From Ylistrum balloti (taxonomy: Eukaryota), in contig NW_026782798.1 in assembly GCF_031769215.1 (NCBI RefSeq), positions 186,001-250,000 on the forward strand: DNA of 64,000 bases, read 5' to 3'. The notes under the pieces are model-generated. The model searched no databases and was not told the origin of the DNA. It saw nothing but the letters and a program-made list of their open reading frames with translations. A program made the translations under genes and the position numbers. Each line of letters opens with the position of its first letter. The first letter of the stretch is position 1. This document shows positions 1 to 14,699 of the stretch, in pieces.

Positions 1-282
1 ATATACAGAACTGTTCTTTCCCAGAACAAAAAAAAATCTTAAAGAGATGCTAATTGATGGTGAGAGTTTATTTTGAAGTTGGCTATCTGTCTCCTCTGAG
101 ATCTAACCTTCATTCTGATTCTAGAGTTACATGGAATTTGTGAACTGTCAATGAAAGTTGTAAACTGTAGATTGGTAAATCCCCTGTAGGTAAAAAATCT
201 GCTGAATCAGCATCGATAGGAAGACCCTGTATCAAGAGACCAAATATATTAAATTCTGTAAGGAAAACTGTGTTGATATTAG

Positions 283-760
283 GTGGTCTCTCTTATTACA
301 GGTGGTTTATCTTTACAGGTGGTCTCTCCTTACAGGTTCTCTAATGGGACAGTTGGTCTCTAACAGGGCACATGATTTCTCAGGACTGGAGGTTTTCTGT
401 ATATAGTAAGTTTAACAAAGCATATTCTCTCTCAGAACAGGTGGTCTCTTTTGATACCTGGTCTCAAAGGACAGGTTATCTCTATGGATACATGGTCTCT
501 CAGAACAGGTGGTCTCTTTGGATACCTGGTCTCAAAGGACAGGTTATCTCTTTGGATACATGGTCTCTCAGGACAGGTGGTCTCTTTGGATACATGGTCT
601 CTAAAAACAGGTGGTCTTGTTCTATACATGGTCTCACAGGACATGTCAAATTTTTTAACATGTTGTCTCTCATGACAGGTTGTCTTACAGAAAAGAAGGA
701 TTATTTTGACAAGTGGTCTCTCTGGACAGGATTCTCTGGATAGACAGACAGTCAGGAGAG
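283..760. repeat. 34-bp minisatellite (two 17-bp subunits; A/B alternation gives a 68-bp period) with degenerate flanks
   Basis: acagg anchors at 437, 471, 505, 539, 573 and 607; unit acaggtggtctctttggatacatggtctctcagg. Explains ORFs 372-743, 432-860 and 451-675. Confidence 0.9.
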
Positions 761-3700
761 AAACGTGTCTCTTTTTGTGAATTGCGTCCCTCATGACATC
801 TCTAAGAACAGGTGGGCTCCCGATACAGAACATACATTGCTCTGTTACCACCGTGGCCATAGAGACAACCTTTATCCTGACATAATGTCTGCATTATATT
901 GAACATCTCTATCACGTAACCTGCAGGTTAAGGTGACCCCATACCCTAATTTTGTCCCCTTGTTTATGAGAATTTGACTAGAAAATAACTCTAGTGTCTG
1001 AGTAATAGTGATGTACATTCCACCTTCAACCTCCCAAGTGTGTGTTTACATGCAGGAATTTATCCAATTAATTGCGTGGATACCTCAGCATTATTTTGGC
1101 TTTGGCCCAGAGCAAGATTCCGGCAGGTATCAACATTTACATGTAGTAATGAGGGTTTACATATCCAATTTGAGTAATTACCTCCCCTTGCTTATTCTAG
1201 TCACAGTCTGTCAGGTGAGAGGTCAGTCCTTGTCAGGCACACAGCCAAACCATTGATTTACCATGGTGACCCAGAGGTAGAAAGTAGAATGTCAGGTAAA
1301 CAAAAGATACATGGATGTTATTAAGGTCACAAATTGAAAGAAAACCAACCTTAACAGGGACTTCAAACTCTTACTGGGCACAACCACACTCTCACCAATG
1401 CTTGGTCCCATCGGCAAAAGCTTTTATTGATTAAAATTAAAAGATATAAGCCCAATTCCCCCCCCCACCACCTAATCTTTATCTCTCCCATCACCTTTAC
1501 CACCTATTGTCCTCTCTCCTTGACTGATGTTTTTACAAAAGACAAACATAATTTGTCAGAACTTTTGTCTCGACAGCATCTGAAGTAGTAGGTCAAATTC
1601 ACAGTAAGTGAATTCTTCATTAAGATTTCGACTTTCTGGAATATTTAATAAACTATGATTTTTAAAACACAAACCAATTGCAATGTAAACAAGACAGTCA
1701 TTTAGGAATTGACAATAGCTGAAACCCACAGATCTTAACATCTCTCAGTTAAACAAGTTCCAGAAAATCCAGGTCAAACTTCTAACTTAGAAGTCATCAT
1801 ATGTCAAAATGATAAATAAAAAAAAAGTGTCTGCTGAAAATCATCTTCTTTACAAAAGGAATAATCTGCACCTAGGGAGACCAATTTTGACCAATTACCC
1901 TTATTCTTGTCCTAACTGTGGCCAATTTGGCCCTCAATAGACCCCTGTGGTTAACTGGTATGGTCAGTTTTGACCACCCAGCTTAAAGTAATGACAGGTC
2001 TATCATCTGACCAATGAAGCTCTGTCTTCCCAACTGGAATTTTGCTGACCAGTGTCTAAGAAAGAAAGAACCCAACCCCTTTTCTGTTGACAAGTTTTTT
2101 CTTAATGCTTGACCATGTAAAAGTAGTGACCCTACTTGTAATGCCAAGTTAGATATTGAAAGGCAGCCCCTTTTCCACTTTAATTCAATTGTTGTTGTGT
2201 CTATCCAAGTGAAAGGGTGTCCATCCCATCAGCTTGTCTAGTTAACTTCAATAGACATATGAAAAGGAAGGCACCCTTGACCAGTGCCTGTAAAGCATGT
2301 CCAGGTGAAAGGGACCATCTGACCAGTTTAAAGCAAAGATGACATGTACATGTCTACAGCTCTGACATGTTCATCTTCAAAATCTCTTCGTGACTCCTAT
2401 GTTCATACACTTTAGAAATGAACATTTGTCCAGTCATTGTGGTCTTGATTTCTATCTGACCAGAGTACAATGATCAGTGTCTAGGTCATCCCTTCAGATA
2501 GCTTTCATACTGGATTGATATAAATTTTTGTAGAAAGAACATGTATCACGATAGATCATTAAAGTACCTGTCGAAAGTGTTCCTCAATCAATCTGTCTTA
2601 AATGCATCACTTTTACAAAAGGAACATCAGCCAATCCTTCCTTATTGTGATCTTTTAAAACATTACCATCAAAAATATTAACAGAAACAAATGCCTCCAA
2701 AACATGAATATTGTAAATGTGTAGTAATCTATTGTATAATGCTTTCTATAACTAAAATCAGACTTAATTCTTGGTAAAAAGGGATCACCTCCAATTTGAG
2801 AGCAATGTTAAATGGAATCACCTGTCTTCACAGGTGGTAAATCCAACAATATTGGAAACATGGATCATTGTAAATGTGATCAATTTAGTTCTTTATCATT
2901 AATTTTAAAGATCATTTCCCCATACAGATATTTTCCACAAGCAATCTGTTTTCAACTACATTGGAGATTGTTCTTCACAGCAGAAGAGATTGCATCTCAG
3001 AATACTTTCATCTGTCTCAAATCTCAAAAATATCTAATTCTTTTTAATCATCATTATCAGTTATTTTGGCTTCAAGAAATGGTATTTCTATATATAGTAA
3101 ATAAAAGTTTGATTGTAAGACCAGTTCTCTCCAACTATATGATTTAATCCTTACAGTTAAATCTCTAATGGTATTCCCTGAAACTAGGTCATGGACATTT
3201 CTCATGTCATAGACACACATTCTCAATGAAATGCAGATGGTTGTTAGATTTCAAACTCACACAGTCTGACTGTTTAGGGATGAAATCAATTACACTATTG
3301 AATGAAATGGATGATATTCCAAACATTCTATCTGATATTCAATTGCGAGATGAAAAATCATTAGCATCCATGCATGAAAATTTCATACATACCAAGAAAA
3401 TGTTATGTGAGAAATTTGTAATAAAATTTCTTTTATGATATGTATGACATGCCATCTAATTAAAATATGAAAGACCAAATGCATATATCATACCGATTGC
3501 AAATTTCTTTAGATGTACATAAATTTTGTTAAAAATTCAATATATCTCCGACACTTGTACGAATGCAGTAATTACTTTTTCCTGTACAAGCAGAGGATAG
3601 CTTGCTCTTAATATGAATCTTTCCACCGTGTGATTGAATTTTATGAAGGACGTTGCTTATTCATTGGTGATGAATTCGGCACATAAATCAGGTCGTAATT

Positions 3701-5959
3701 TCCTTATACTGCGGCCTTTCATAAATCTGGTCATAAATAAAAACAAGTTGATTTTATTGGTAATTCTTTTTATTACTGCAGGCTCTGCCAACTGATCAAG
3801 TTTATGCTTTCTGCTGCAACGTTTTCTCAGTGAAGGATCAGAATTTGTGTAAAGTTCCAGCATGTGACAGGCGATTGGCCAGGCCCGGCTGAATCACTGC
3901 CGGAAAAGATTGTAACAGATCTATTGCCTAGTAAACTCTGTAACAATCAATTTCTACTGTAAATTCTCTCTTGGGAGAAGAGAAAATCCCTCCAACGGAT
4001 GAATGAGAAAAAAAAGGGGAGGGGGAGAAGTGAGATGTTTCGGGGATGCAATGTAAGATTGTGGGCTGGTTTGAAGAGTTTTTATTGTCTTGGAAAAAGA
4101 CATAATCCTTGAAGGTTTTTATGACCACGTCGGTCAGCTCTAGTGGTCATCTCCTCAAAGGTTCAGTGGTCACCTCCTCAGGGTAACAATCTACCATGTC
4201 TGGAAATGTGTGTAATGTTGTAAAACAATGTCTGAATATCACCAATGATTTGTCAAGTTTAACTGAAGCCAGAATCTAACTTGACTCATTTATATAAATA
4301 ATTAGCTGAGTGACCAAAGTTTTACATTCAAAACATATTAGTTATTGATGAATATATTCACAGATGTAAAATCAAAATGATATATTTTTAGGTTACAAAG
4401 TACTGCAATATGGTATTTTGATTCATTATCCTCAGTTCAAACAGGTAAAAAGATTTCAGAAATTTATATCTTTTTCAGCCATTATGCTTCGTTAATGAGA
4501 AAAGCTATCATATGTACAAAATACCTCAATAAATACAGCAGTGCACACAAACTTTTATCTTTACACAGCCTGGTAATGTAGAATAAGTTCTTCAAAGTTC
4601 ATTTATAAACAACAATTAAACGCATCAGTAATCATTCAGGAAGTTACATTTAGCCAAACACAGAGATCTATAATTGAAATTACAGTAAAAAAAGACAATG
4701 TGGAACGTAATGTTATTTCTGTACTGACAGGTTCATCTAACAAGTAAACGGTTTGTTGGATCACGTCTCTGTCTTAATTAATGACCTTGGATCAGGGACC
4801 TTAGTACAAACTGATTCACTGTCTTCTAAAAGTATACATAATGTCTATACCATCTGTACTTTTAATATTTGTCTCAGGAGTCTGTTCATTTCTGTTCATT
4901 TCTGTTCATCTCCCATCTGTAGAGCTCTCTAAGTGAGTGAGTTAAGAAAACAAATGCTGGAAGCACCTGTGTTGGAAGGTCACCTCTTTCTCCCCAACCT
5001 CTTGTAATTGAGAAAACAGCATAATGACCAAAGTAACCACTAATATATCAAACATTATAACCACATCAGCCAGGAGATATCATGGTGATCACATCCACCG
5101 ATTACTACAAACATTCTGAACACCTCTGCTTGTTACAGAGACATTTTGGTATTACACTGACAATAGAAGTCTACATAATGCACATCATGTGGAAATGTGT
5201 GGCATCTTTTTCTCAGTAATCTCTGAAATCACTTCCAGAATGCAGAGACCCTGGGCAGTGACGATGAGATAGACACCCTGTGTGATGTGCTGCTTGTGTG
5301 TGTGTTATGTTCTAGCTTGAGGGAAGCTTCTCAACTCCTTAGAGAGATAAGGGGACAAATGAGACTTGATATATTTATGGCTAAGAGATCAGGTCAAGTC
5401 ATCACCAGTATGATAATGAAAGATATTCCTAGTTTGCCAAGCCTGAGGGGGACGAAGAGAAAAGGGGGTAAGGGAGGGAAGCAGAGAAGAAGAGGGATAT
5501 AAAGAAGAATAACTAAATGGGAAGGAGTTGGAGGAGGTGAAGGAGAGAGGGTGGGGATGAGAGAGTAATGTGATCAGAATCATACTTCAACACCCCATAC
5601 ACATAGATTTGATAGTGCCAACACCCCACTGTATGCCTACTGATAGGAGATGCCCTTTCTATTGTAGGTATACCGCCATGGCCATGGTCGACTATCTCTC
5701 TTTGATAAAACCTTCCCAACACTACAGTTTATCTAGCTGTATAAACAGATAAAGGATTTCACACCTCCTTTAGTAGATAGAATACTATAGGGATAAACCA
5801 TTCCAATGAGATGAGTCTCATCAAAGGTCACAGTAACCTGTCATGTCTGACCTCTACAACCCTGTCAAGTCAGACCACCCCTGTAAAAAGATCATTCACA
5901 AAACAGTCTTAAGTGACCACTTGTTTTGTAGGACCACTACAGATAAACTTGTCTAATGT

Positions 5960-6365
5960 GACCACTAGTCATAGAATACCACTACAAACCTGTCAAATGT
6001 GACCACTTGTCATAGAATACCACTACAAACCTGTCAAATGTGACCACTTGTCATAGTACACCACTACAAACCTGTCAAATGTGACCACTTGTCATAGAAT
6101 ACCACTACAAACCTGTCAAATGTGACCACTTGTCATAGAATACCACTACAAACCTGTCAAATGTGACCACTTGTCATAGAATACCACTACAAACCTGTCA
6201 AATGTGACCACTTGTCATAGTACACCACTACAAACCTGTCAAATGTGACCACTTGTCATAGAATACCACTACAAACCTGTCAAATGTGACCACTTGTCAT
6301 AGTACACCACTACAAACCTGTCAAATGTGACCACTTGTCATAGAATACCACTACAAACCTGTCTT
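5960..6365. repeat. 41-bp tandem repeat, ~10 copies
   Basis: Unit gaccacttgtcatagaataccactacaaacctgtcaaatgt recurs at 5960, 6001, 6042 ... 6329. Confidence 0.95.
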
Positions 6366-6396
6366 TTATGACCACAATGATTACAATTTTTTTTAT

Positions 6397-6716
6397 GTGA
6401 CCACTTGTTGTAAGACAATTACAAACAAACTTGTCTGATGTGACCGTCTGTCTTGTAAGACCATTATAAACAAACTTGTCTAATGTGACCGTCTGTCTTG
6501 TAAGACCATTATAAACAAACTTGTCTAATGTGACCGTCTGTCTTGTAAGACCATTACAAACAAACTTGTCTAATGTGACCGTCTGTCTTGTAAGACCATT
6601 ACAAACAAACTTGTCTAATGTGACCGTCTGTCTTGTAAGACCATTACAAACAAACTTGTCTAATGTGACCGTCTGTCTTGTAAGACCATTACAAACAAAC
6701 TTGTCTAATGTGACCA
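6397..6716. repeat. 45-bp tandem repeat, ~7 copies
   Basis: Unit gaccgtctgtcttgtaagaccattacaaacaaacttgtctaatgt recurs at 6442, 6487 ... 6667. Explains the 15-aa-periodic ORFs 6310-6723 and 6521-6745. Confidence 0.95.
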
Positions 6717-9284
6717 CAATCATTTCTATTATTTTTCCTTTCTAATATCACAACTTGTAAGACTTAGATGGCCAACAGCTAGATTTACATAACATTTTTC
6801 AATGAAAAAGCATACTTATCTGATGTAAATGAAACCATTTCAAATTTTTGCATCTGTCTGAAAAGAGCTGATTTGATTGACATTAGGTTACAATACTTAA
6901 TTAGCATATTATCAAGTCACTTACTCATCTGGATCATGTCAGCATTGATGATAATCTTTAAATGAGCTCCAAATTTTTCACCTGCTGAAAGTTAAACCTT
7001 ATCACCAAGAGGAATGGAACAGAAACAAATTGAGTGTCATTTTGTGTAATTTTGAAATATTTTAGCAGTTTGTTATCTGTTTCCTATGTAAAGTGCCACC
7101 ACACATAATCTCTAAGAAAATATTCCCTGATAAGAGTTCTATTTCAATTGCCTAACTCTAAGACAACAGATATCCTCAATTGCCTAACTCAATGACAGGA
7201 AACTGATAACAGTGATCTTTTAATTGCCTAATTCATGTCAAAGTAGAAATAATTTCCAATAAATTTCAAACCAAGTATCTTTTACTCTGATAAAATATTT
7301 ACATTACAGGTTAAAGAACAGCCCTCGATGTTTTGTAGTGACAGTTTGGTGATACAAGACAGCTATTGCCATATCTATATCACAGAGGTTAGAGACCACT
7401 TAATGTGTTTTTGACAAAGATTGACAAAACATTAACACATCTTCATTGATTCCGTCATCATGGCTATCACACTTTAAAATCTAGTTGTCTCCCCTTCTTT
7501 AATGATTTACGAAAATTTCTATACCTCTGCAACTAAATGATGAAAAATTATTCCATTTACCAGAATTTGTGCATACACTACTCCAATAATTGAAAGCAAT
7601 TCTTCATTGCTACTTTGGTACATATTGTAGTGAATCAAAATTATTAAGGAAAAATCATGGGAGTCTATTTAAAAAAGAAACCCAGTGTTGTAAAAATACC
7701 ATTAAAAGAACATCAGTATTTCAAGAATTCATAGAGAAGCTGCAAATTTTACAAATGAGATTGAAAAAAAAAAAAAAATCGGAATACTAGCAGATTAGAA
7801 ATTCCAAGAGGAACAGATGGAACAAGTTTTGGACATCAGATTAATATGTAAAGGCACAAAGTCAGTTATTTCCAATATAGCCATGTCTCTATCCCTACAT
7901 AATTGAATATCTTTAACTATAATTTAATTAAGATGTGTAATCCATTTTAATTTGGTCCTGTTGTGTCCCGTCCCAATTTCAGCCCGATGGCTAGCCTCAA
8001 GATGAGCCACTCTGTGGCTACACACTGTAAACGCCACCGAATTAATCATTTAATCAGTTGTTCTGTAGCCAAACAGGGCATTTCATAATGAATATGGAAA
8101 TTCATGAATCACATATTTCAATAAAAAAAAGTTTTGAATTTCAAACTTCTGTTATCGTTATATGTCGCTACCACATTGTATTTTGTTACACTTCTGTGGT
8201 ATACTCCTGGGTTTCATTTCTGCCACAGTTAACATGTCAATAACACATTACAGAAAACTTAAAAGGAAAACAGAAATTGGTAAGCATATCATACAAATAT
8301 CATATTTCCAATATTTAGGTCAGACATGACGACTCATCTCCAACTTACGAATGCCAAATTAATTTTTCATGGTAAAGTTTTCACACCTAGTGGTTATGTA
8401 AAAACGAACTATGAGCAATGCACAAATCGTAGAATGGAGACTATAGATTTCGTATCATGTTCCACAGAATTATGATACAAATAATTACATTTTTATGTGT
8501 TTTCACACCTCTTTAATTATCTAGATCTACAAACGTGTCTGGTAGTCAAGTATGGCAGCTGATTTATCACTACAATAGGATGTTAGATTTTCTGATGACA
8601 AATGATTTTATCTTAACAAAAAATTGACATAATTATATTCATCTTCAGTATTAAATATTAATGTGTTTTAAAAACAATGCATCCATGAGTAATATATATA
8701 TGTATTATTAATGACAGCGAAAATATATTTGGACGAGAAAATATTTTCTACTCTCATATCAAGGAACAACTGTAAACATGAAATACTTACAAGAACTCTG
8801 ACCTTTATGAAGGTCAATGATGTCCACAAGAAAGCTGATAAATCAATCTCATCAACACATTTTATGGACCAATAGTAAAACTGCAGAATGTAAGATTTTA
8901 AAGAATTTCTTCATCATTCCATTTCCTTTCCAATATCTCCAAAAACAGCCATGCGCATACATATACTTTCGTAATTCCTGTTTTTTATGAACCACACACA
9001 CAATAAAAATCCACTTTTTTCCTATAGTGTTGAACTGTGCGCTTTACCTCCAATGATCCATACCATTAAGATGCCTTTTGTACATAGCTAGCAGATACAA
9101 TCCAATTATTGCAGCGACAGCACACAAACACAATAAAGAAATCACACAATTCACTGATCAAACCTCACTAAGACTTGGATGTCACCTCCAGTACCAGCCT
9201 GGGTGGTTTTACTTCCTAACAAAATTCTTTTTTTCTCTCTCCAGTATATGGATTTATTACTAAAGGTGAATACCGGCCTCACAT

Positions 9285-9410
9285 AGCTTTGGCCTCAGTG
9301 GGTCCAGAGGACACTAGTGTCTTTCAGCAAGGCAACACCATTATACACACCGCCTGTGCTGGGACTCCAGAGATCATTAGGAACGAGACACCACATAATG
9401 ACCCCCTCCC
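9285..9410 (+). mobile_element. Possible decayed molluscan SINE body fragment
   Basis: tctttcagcaaggcaacaccattata...gagacaccacataat resembles the TTCAGTGAGGCAGCACTATA...GAGACAC motif I recall from molluscan SINEs; unverified. Confidence 0.25.
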
Positions 9411-10265
9411 GATAACACAGCTTGGGTAAACCAATCCAGCTTCTCTTGTAGTCAAAGTCAGTGGACCATGGCTAATTTTCCAACAAATTTACTCCTAAGT
9501 AGCTAAGACACTAAAGCAGTGCATTTCTAACGTGGTCAGTTTGTGTTCCAGTAGTTGGGTTTAAACAGATACCAAACGTGTTACAGGATACAGACAAGAC
9601 TTTGTATGAACATGAGGGTCAGTTTCATACAGAAAGGTTTTAGTTGTTTGTGACGATTTCGGGTTTAACACAATGATTCGGTGATAAAATGGGAAGGTGA
9701 GTGACACTGATGGGAGATATGTGGGAGGAGGGGGCATTTGGGGGAACATGATACCCCTGACTAGGCGACAAAGGCACCACTCTGGGGGTTATCTACTCCA
9801 AGGAGATGTGTGTGTACGATATAGAAGGGGGGATAGTGTGACCTCCTGAACAGCTGGCGATTGGGTCGAGTGGGGGAGTGAGGTGGGAGTTGGCAGCTTT
9901 AATCATCAGATTCATCTCAAATAGCACCTATAGGCCTAACACTACAGTGTAATATATTGACAATGATAGGAACTGTTACTAGGAAGGAAAGTGAAAGGTA
10001 ATGGAGCATACGGGTCAAGTTGGAAGTGGACACTGCTATATACCATAATACGCATTAGATACTGCTCTACTCTAGTACATTAACTGTCTGGTTTACAATC
10101 AGTCAAATTTAGACATTAAATAGCTAGTGTAATGTTGCTATGCAGGCATGTGTGCAAGCAATGATGAGGGCACTTTTGTGAGGACTAGGCATTTCTGATG
10201 ACTAGGCACAATCAGAGAACTGGGCAAACTGAGGCAGGGTTATACAACCTGGAGGGGAAGGGTAC

Positions 10266-10284
10266 TGTTGTTGTTGTTGTTGTT
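10266..10284. repeat. (TTG)n microsatellite
   Basis: About six TTG units read directly. Confidence 0.9.
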
Positions 10285-10296
10285 TGGAAGATAATT

Positions 10297-10312
10297 CACC
10301 AGAGGGCACTAG
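10297..10312 (+). promoter_or_regulatory. CTCF-like motif CACCAGAGGGCACTAG
   Basis: Match to the CTCF core in the same orientation as 13483. Confidence 0.35.
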
Positions 10313-13073
10313 TACTTGGCCCCATGCAGTAATTACCATCAATCACCGTTCTGTCTCCCATGTACTACTATCAAGTAAGGGTGCCCCATCCATCAATACA
10401 GGAGCCTTTATACAGAAAAGGAAAAGGCAGCCTGTGTGACAGTGTCTTAATTGAATAGTTTTTATCATTTTGAGGAAGTGAAAATGCTACACAATGCTTA
10501 GAATTGTGACATTTGTTGAGATTGTGATGACAATTTTTATCTAGAGCCAAAAAATATTTCAAACTTGTACAAAATTCATGATTTTGAAAGAAATCAATTC
10601 CACATTTTGAACTATAAATGTAGAAAGTACAATACAAATTAGAGCTACCATTTATAAAATGTTTTCTGTTTGGGGTCTTAGGTCCATATCTTTTAAAGTC
10701 CTCAAAACACATTGATTTTCATGAAGATTTTACACTTGAAAGTAACTCTGTAGCTGATTATCTGTGAGTACAAAATATGTATCTTTTTGCCTCTTTCACT
10801 AGAACAGAAAAGAGAAGGTTTTGCAGAGTTGTCAGTGATATGCACAAAGAATATGTTTTAAAGAGAAAACAGTAAAATGCAAGCTTACAGAAATTTACAC
10901 AGAAATCTACACTGAAATTGATTCAGAAATTTATGTTGGTATCAATCACATTTTATTGCTGACATCAACAAATGGTGATTAATTGAATTGTTATGTCAAT
11001 TTGAATGAGTTAGACCGAGCAACACAGTATCGATGTTCCCTGATAACTAAGGGATATAATACGTTTTTAAAATTTAACATACACATATATCAAAGTCAAA
11101 CTTACCAGTATATAAGAGGTGACATCAAGTGGTAAGGTAAGACAGCGTTGTCTAAAATTTACATCATCCATTGCTGTCTCCAACAAATACAATATATTTC
11201 AAATGATACAGACTTCTGATTGACACCGCATCATGAAAACAACCTGCACTTTAGATTTTCATCGCAGTGAAATAACTACAATATGACATTCACAGAAAAA
11301 CAGGATGGCATGTAAAATAATATGATTGGGGTTAGAAATGAGCTGACATATTGAGAGGAAATTAGTTGTTAAGAGAAGTAGAATATCCCCTGAGTAATGG
11401 TGTAAATACCCGGTTTTATAGACTCAAGTGTATGTAGTATCATATCTCACACCAACCTAAACATAGCAGCCACTTTATTTAAATACAAATACATGAGACG
11501 TGTCACAGGAAAATCTTGTTGAACTTCTCTACTTAAAGCCATCCGAAGGCTAATTTTAACTCTTTGTGTTTTATGTAATAGCTTCTGTCTCGTTTACCGA
11601 CATACTAGTTTGTTTAACCCTGATATTGTTGTGGTGTGAATTTGTATAATTAATTATCTTTCATTCTAATTAGTAGTGTTAGTCTGTAGTTAATGTCTTA
11701 ACTATACCTAGCTTCGTCATCCATCTTATTTACAAAATATTGGGATATTTAGGTAAAAATTAATGAAGCAGATTTGATTTGAGTCAAAATTTTGAAAGAT
11801 TTATTTTCCTTCAAAAACCAACCAACAAATTGTTATTGGAGATCATAAATCTAATTAATTTGGATACAATGCTGAGTTTCATAAACTAATTTCTATGATG
11901 CAAAACTAATTCATCTTCATTGGAAACTTTTTAAGCTAGCCGTCAATTTTTTTTTTATTTAAGGCTTGTTGTCACTGAATGGTAAAAGTGCATGGGCTTT
12001 AGTGAACCCGCTTGTTATTTGACTACGAATTCACAGAAAAATGAAAATCTGTCAAAAAACGTCAGCTGGATAGTGGAATAATGGCATAAGTGATGATTTG
12101 ATAAACAAGATTTGACTATATTTGATATTCTGGTGAGCGCGTCAGTTTGCATGTGCATTACATTCAAAATGATCACCGCACTATAAAAGAGGTCAGCTGA
12201 TCAGATCAATAGCTATCTCTTAAGACTTCATAGTCCAAGGACATAAATAGAATTAATTCACTGACCATCATCAAACCACTGACCGACTGCCCGATCACGC
12301 TAGACTGACCAGAGGTCTGAGAATGTCCAGTACCTGTGGATCAATTGAGTAGCTACAATTAACCAGCCACTAACTCAAGTGTTTTAGAAAGGCATCCAAC
12401 ATTTAGATGACTCGGAGGGGATCTGGGATATGTTTGAATCGGTCCTAACTACTTTATAAGTGACAAGCATGTTTGGGACTTGGAGCTAACATCAGAAGAT
12501 TCCACCACGAATGGTAAAGCCTCTGTAGTTTATCAATAATATCTCTATGTTTCTAATTATCATGGATTCCCAGCAGCAACATGTGTTTTGCAGTGAGATT
12601 AGATTTAAAGAAAATCAATATTGATAAAAAGATTGAAAATTAGCCAAAATATTTCTTGATCAACTCTGAGAATTTGATTCCAAGAAAAATGAGTGTGAGG
12701 ATTTTTTACATTGTTTAAGCATTAACCAATTGAAAATAAAGGTCAGGCTGGTGTTGATTATTACATTAAGTTTGATAATAAAAGTAACAACAGGATCAAG
12801 AATGAAAATACAATTAAACAAGACTGGGATTTGAACCTATCAACTCCAAAATATCGAAATATGCCACAACTACATGAACCATGCAGTTACAACTGTTAAT
12901 TTTATTAAAAAATGAAAAAAAGAAGGGGGAGGTGTTAAGTTATTTTCTTTTACAGACAAATGAAATATTTATACAGAGGACCTCAATTCCACTAGCTGTT
13001 GGAGCAATGGGAGATAGAGTTGATTTTTCAGAAGATCAGAATAGAGAAGGAGGAAGAACAGAAAGGGGAGAAA

Positions 13074-13110
13074 GAGGAGGAGGAGGAGGAGGAGGAGGCA
13101 GAGGAGGAGG
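13074..13110. repeat. (GGA)n microsatellite
   Basis: Run of GGA units; source of the poly-Gly in ORF 12881-13129. Confidence 0.9.
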
Positions 13111-13482
13111 GAGAAACTTATTAAAGTAATAAACAGCTGTACACCACTAAGTCAACACCCTACACAAATCTGTTACCATCCAATCAAATCTAATTTAGCA
13201 GAGAACCATGGGGTTCATTAGCTCTCTGTAGAAGCTAAAGAGAAAGAGAAAACCTGTGAGTATATTTTGATTTACAGGAGGGTGCTGTTTACATTATAAG
13301 GGTAATTCATCTAATGATTGTTTCATTTAACCACAAATCAACCACTGCAGCAATCAAAATCTGATCTTGCACAAAAATATGGAGGCCTTGTAATTTTTGT
13401 CTGAAATCATTTTGATGTGTTGTCAGAGTAAGGGGAAGGGAATAGTGGCTTGGGACCATCAGCTGTGTGATTCTGTTAATTA

Positions 13483-13497
13483 CCACTAGATGGCGCT
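13483..13497 (+). promoter_or_regulatory. CTCF-like motif CCACTAGATGGCGCT
   Basis: Close match to the CTCF core CCAC(C/T)AG(G/A)(G/T)GGCGC. Confidence 0.5.
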
Positions 13498-14635
13498 GAT
13501 ACCAGGAGAGGGGCTAATCAACTTCAGGAGGGGGCACATCCTGATACAGACTTATATGACAGATTTGATTAGCTTAATATCCATGCTAAGTAATATTTTA
13601 CTGTTTTTCTTAATCAATGTTAGGTTCTGTTTCTGTAACAGATAAGTTGCCACATACACAAGTCAAGTAATATTTCATGTGAAGGAGGTCATTCTCTGAA
13701 TTAATATTAATTTTGCTTTTAATCTTGGAATGTTAGCTCAAGCTAAGTAACACTGTTAAAATTGTACTGTACACAGGAATTAATGCTAATTTAGCAGGGT
13801 GGTGAAATGCCATTTGGAGGCAGTAGGGGACATGTATGTTAATTTTGTGGTTCGCTGAGGTGTTGATAACTTTCACATCTTATCTGGGTTCGGACTGCCA
13901 GACACAAGACCACACTGGGAGAGTCAGGTGATTCAGAAAAAAAAAGAAAAATACAGGACCTTCCCTTAATACTAACAGTTACAAAAGTATATCAAGCTTT
14001 CAAGCTAACAACAAAACTGAAATGTAAAGTTTCTATCCATGTTATAATAGAATTCCTGAGAAAATTTTCCTATAGAACCTAATTTTATCACCATAACAAG
14101 ATCTTTGGCCAAAAAATTATTTGCAGGAAGCATTTGATAATAACTTGTTTGTTTTCTTTTATTTTAACGTTTCAAAGTGTCTTTAAAAGCTAACAATGCT
14201 TTTTAAGTTTGATAGATGTGAAACACCTTCACTATCTAATGATAATTATTATGTTAATGAGTGTTTGGGGAGGTATGATAACCTTATCACATATTTTCAT
14301 GTTTACCTGTTAGTGTCCTTTGAGGAGGGGTGTGTGTAGAGGGGGTGGGGAGGGGTTGTAACTCAGGGGAAGGATTAATGAAGCAGAGAAAGGGGTGCAC
14401 AATTTGGACAACACACTGACAAGTCAGAGACAGTACATAGTAGTAGCACTGAATTCGAGAGGAACACTCAAACACAGAGAATTAACAATATCTAAAATCA
14501 TTTCGACATTTTTTAAAATCAAAATTCATACATGTCTGGCTATGGGACATATTTGACAATTATTGGAGTCCCTGGTTTTGCATTTCATTAATCTAAGTTA
14601 AAGGGAACTATTACAGCAATGAATACCTAAGTATT

Positions 14636-14699
14636 ATGAAACCTGTCCAATCTGACATCCTGTCAGACACACAGCTAAGACAGATTAGACAGGATGTCA
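14636..14699. mobile_element. MITE-like terminal/inverted-repeat remnant
   Basis: aaacctgtccaatctgacatcctgtc...cagattagacaggatgtca, with a 12-bp inverted repeat (14653-14664 / 14688-14699). Related strings occur at ~45352, ~45535, ~47294 and ~5827. Confidence 0.45.

Noticed and set aside
372-860. ORFs of 123, 142 and 74 aa
   Set aside because: They lie in the 34-bp minisatellite, and the peptide periodicity shifts frame as expected for a non-triplet repeat.
3777-3878. CCAAT plus ATG plus a 29-codon frame ending at GCA|GTAATA on the minus strand
   Set aside because: The CCAAT is only ~11 bp from the ATG, the donor is weak and there is no homology; more likely non-coding regulatory sequence.
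6310-6745. 137-aa ORF with VTLDKFVCNGLTRQT repeats
   Set aside because: A 45-bp unit is a multiple of 3, so stop-free frames arise trivially; there are no splice signals or known motifs.
12182-12240. TATAAAAG with an octamer-like motif upstream on the + strand
   Set aside because: No clear initiator at the expected distance and only a 9-codon ORF downstream; TATA-like strings are frequent in AT-rich DNA.
12495-12555. Minus-strand IIDKLQ resembling the expected next KIF26 exon (..IHDKLQVP)
   Set aside because: No DP.F lead-in, no pyrimidine tract, no following CxxC, and an early stop; judged a chance match.
12822-12885. GGTTCAAATCCC B-box on the minus strand, as a tRNA gene
   Set aside because: No matching A-box or cloverleaf; at most a very decayed SINE head.
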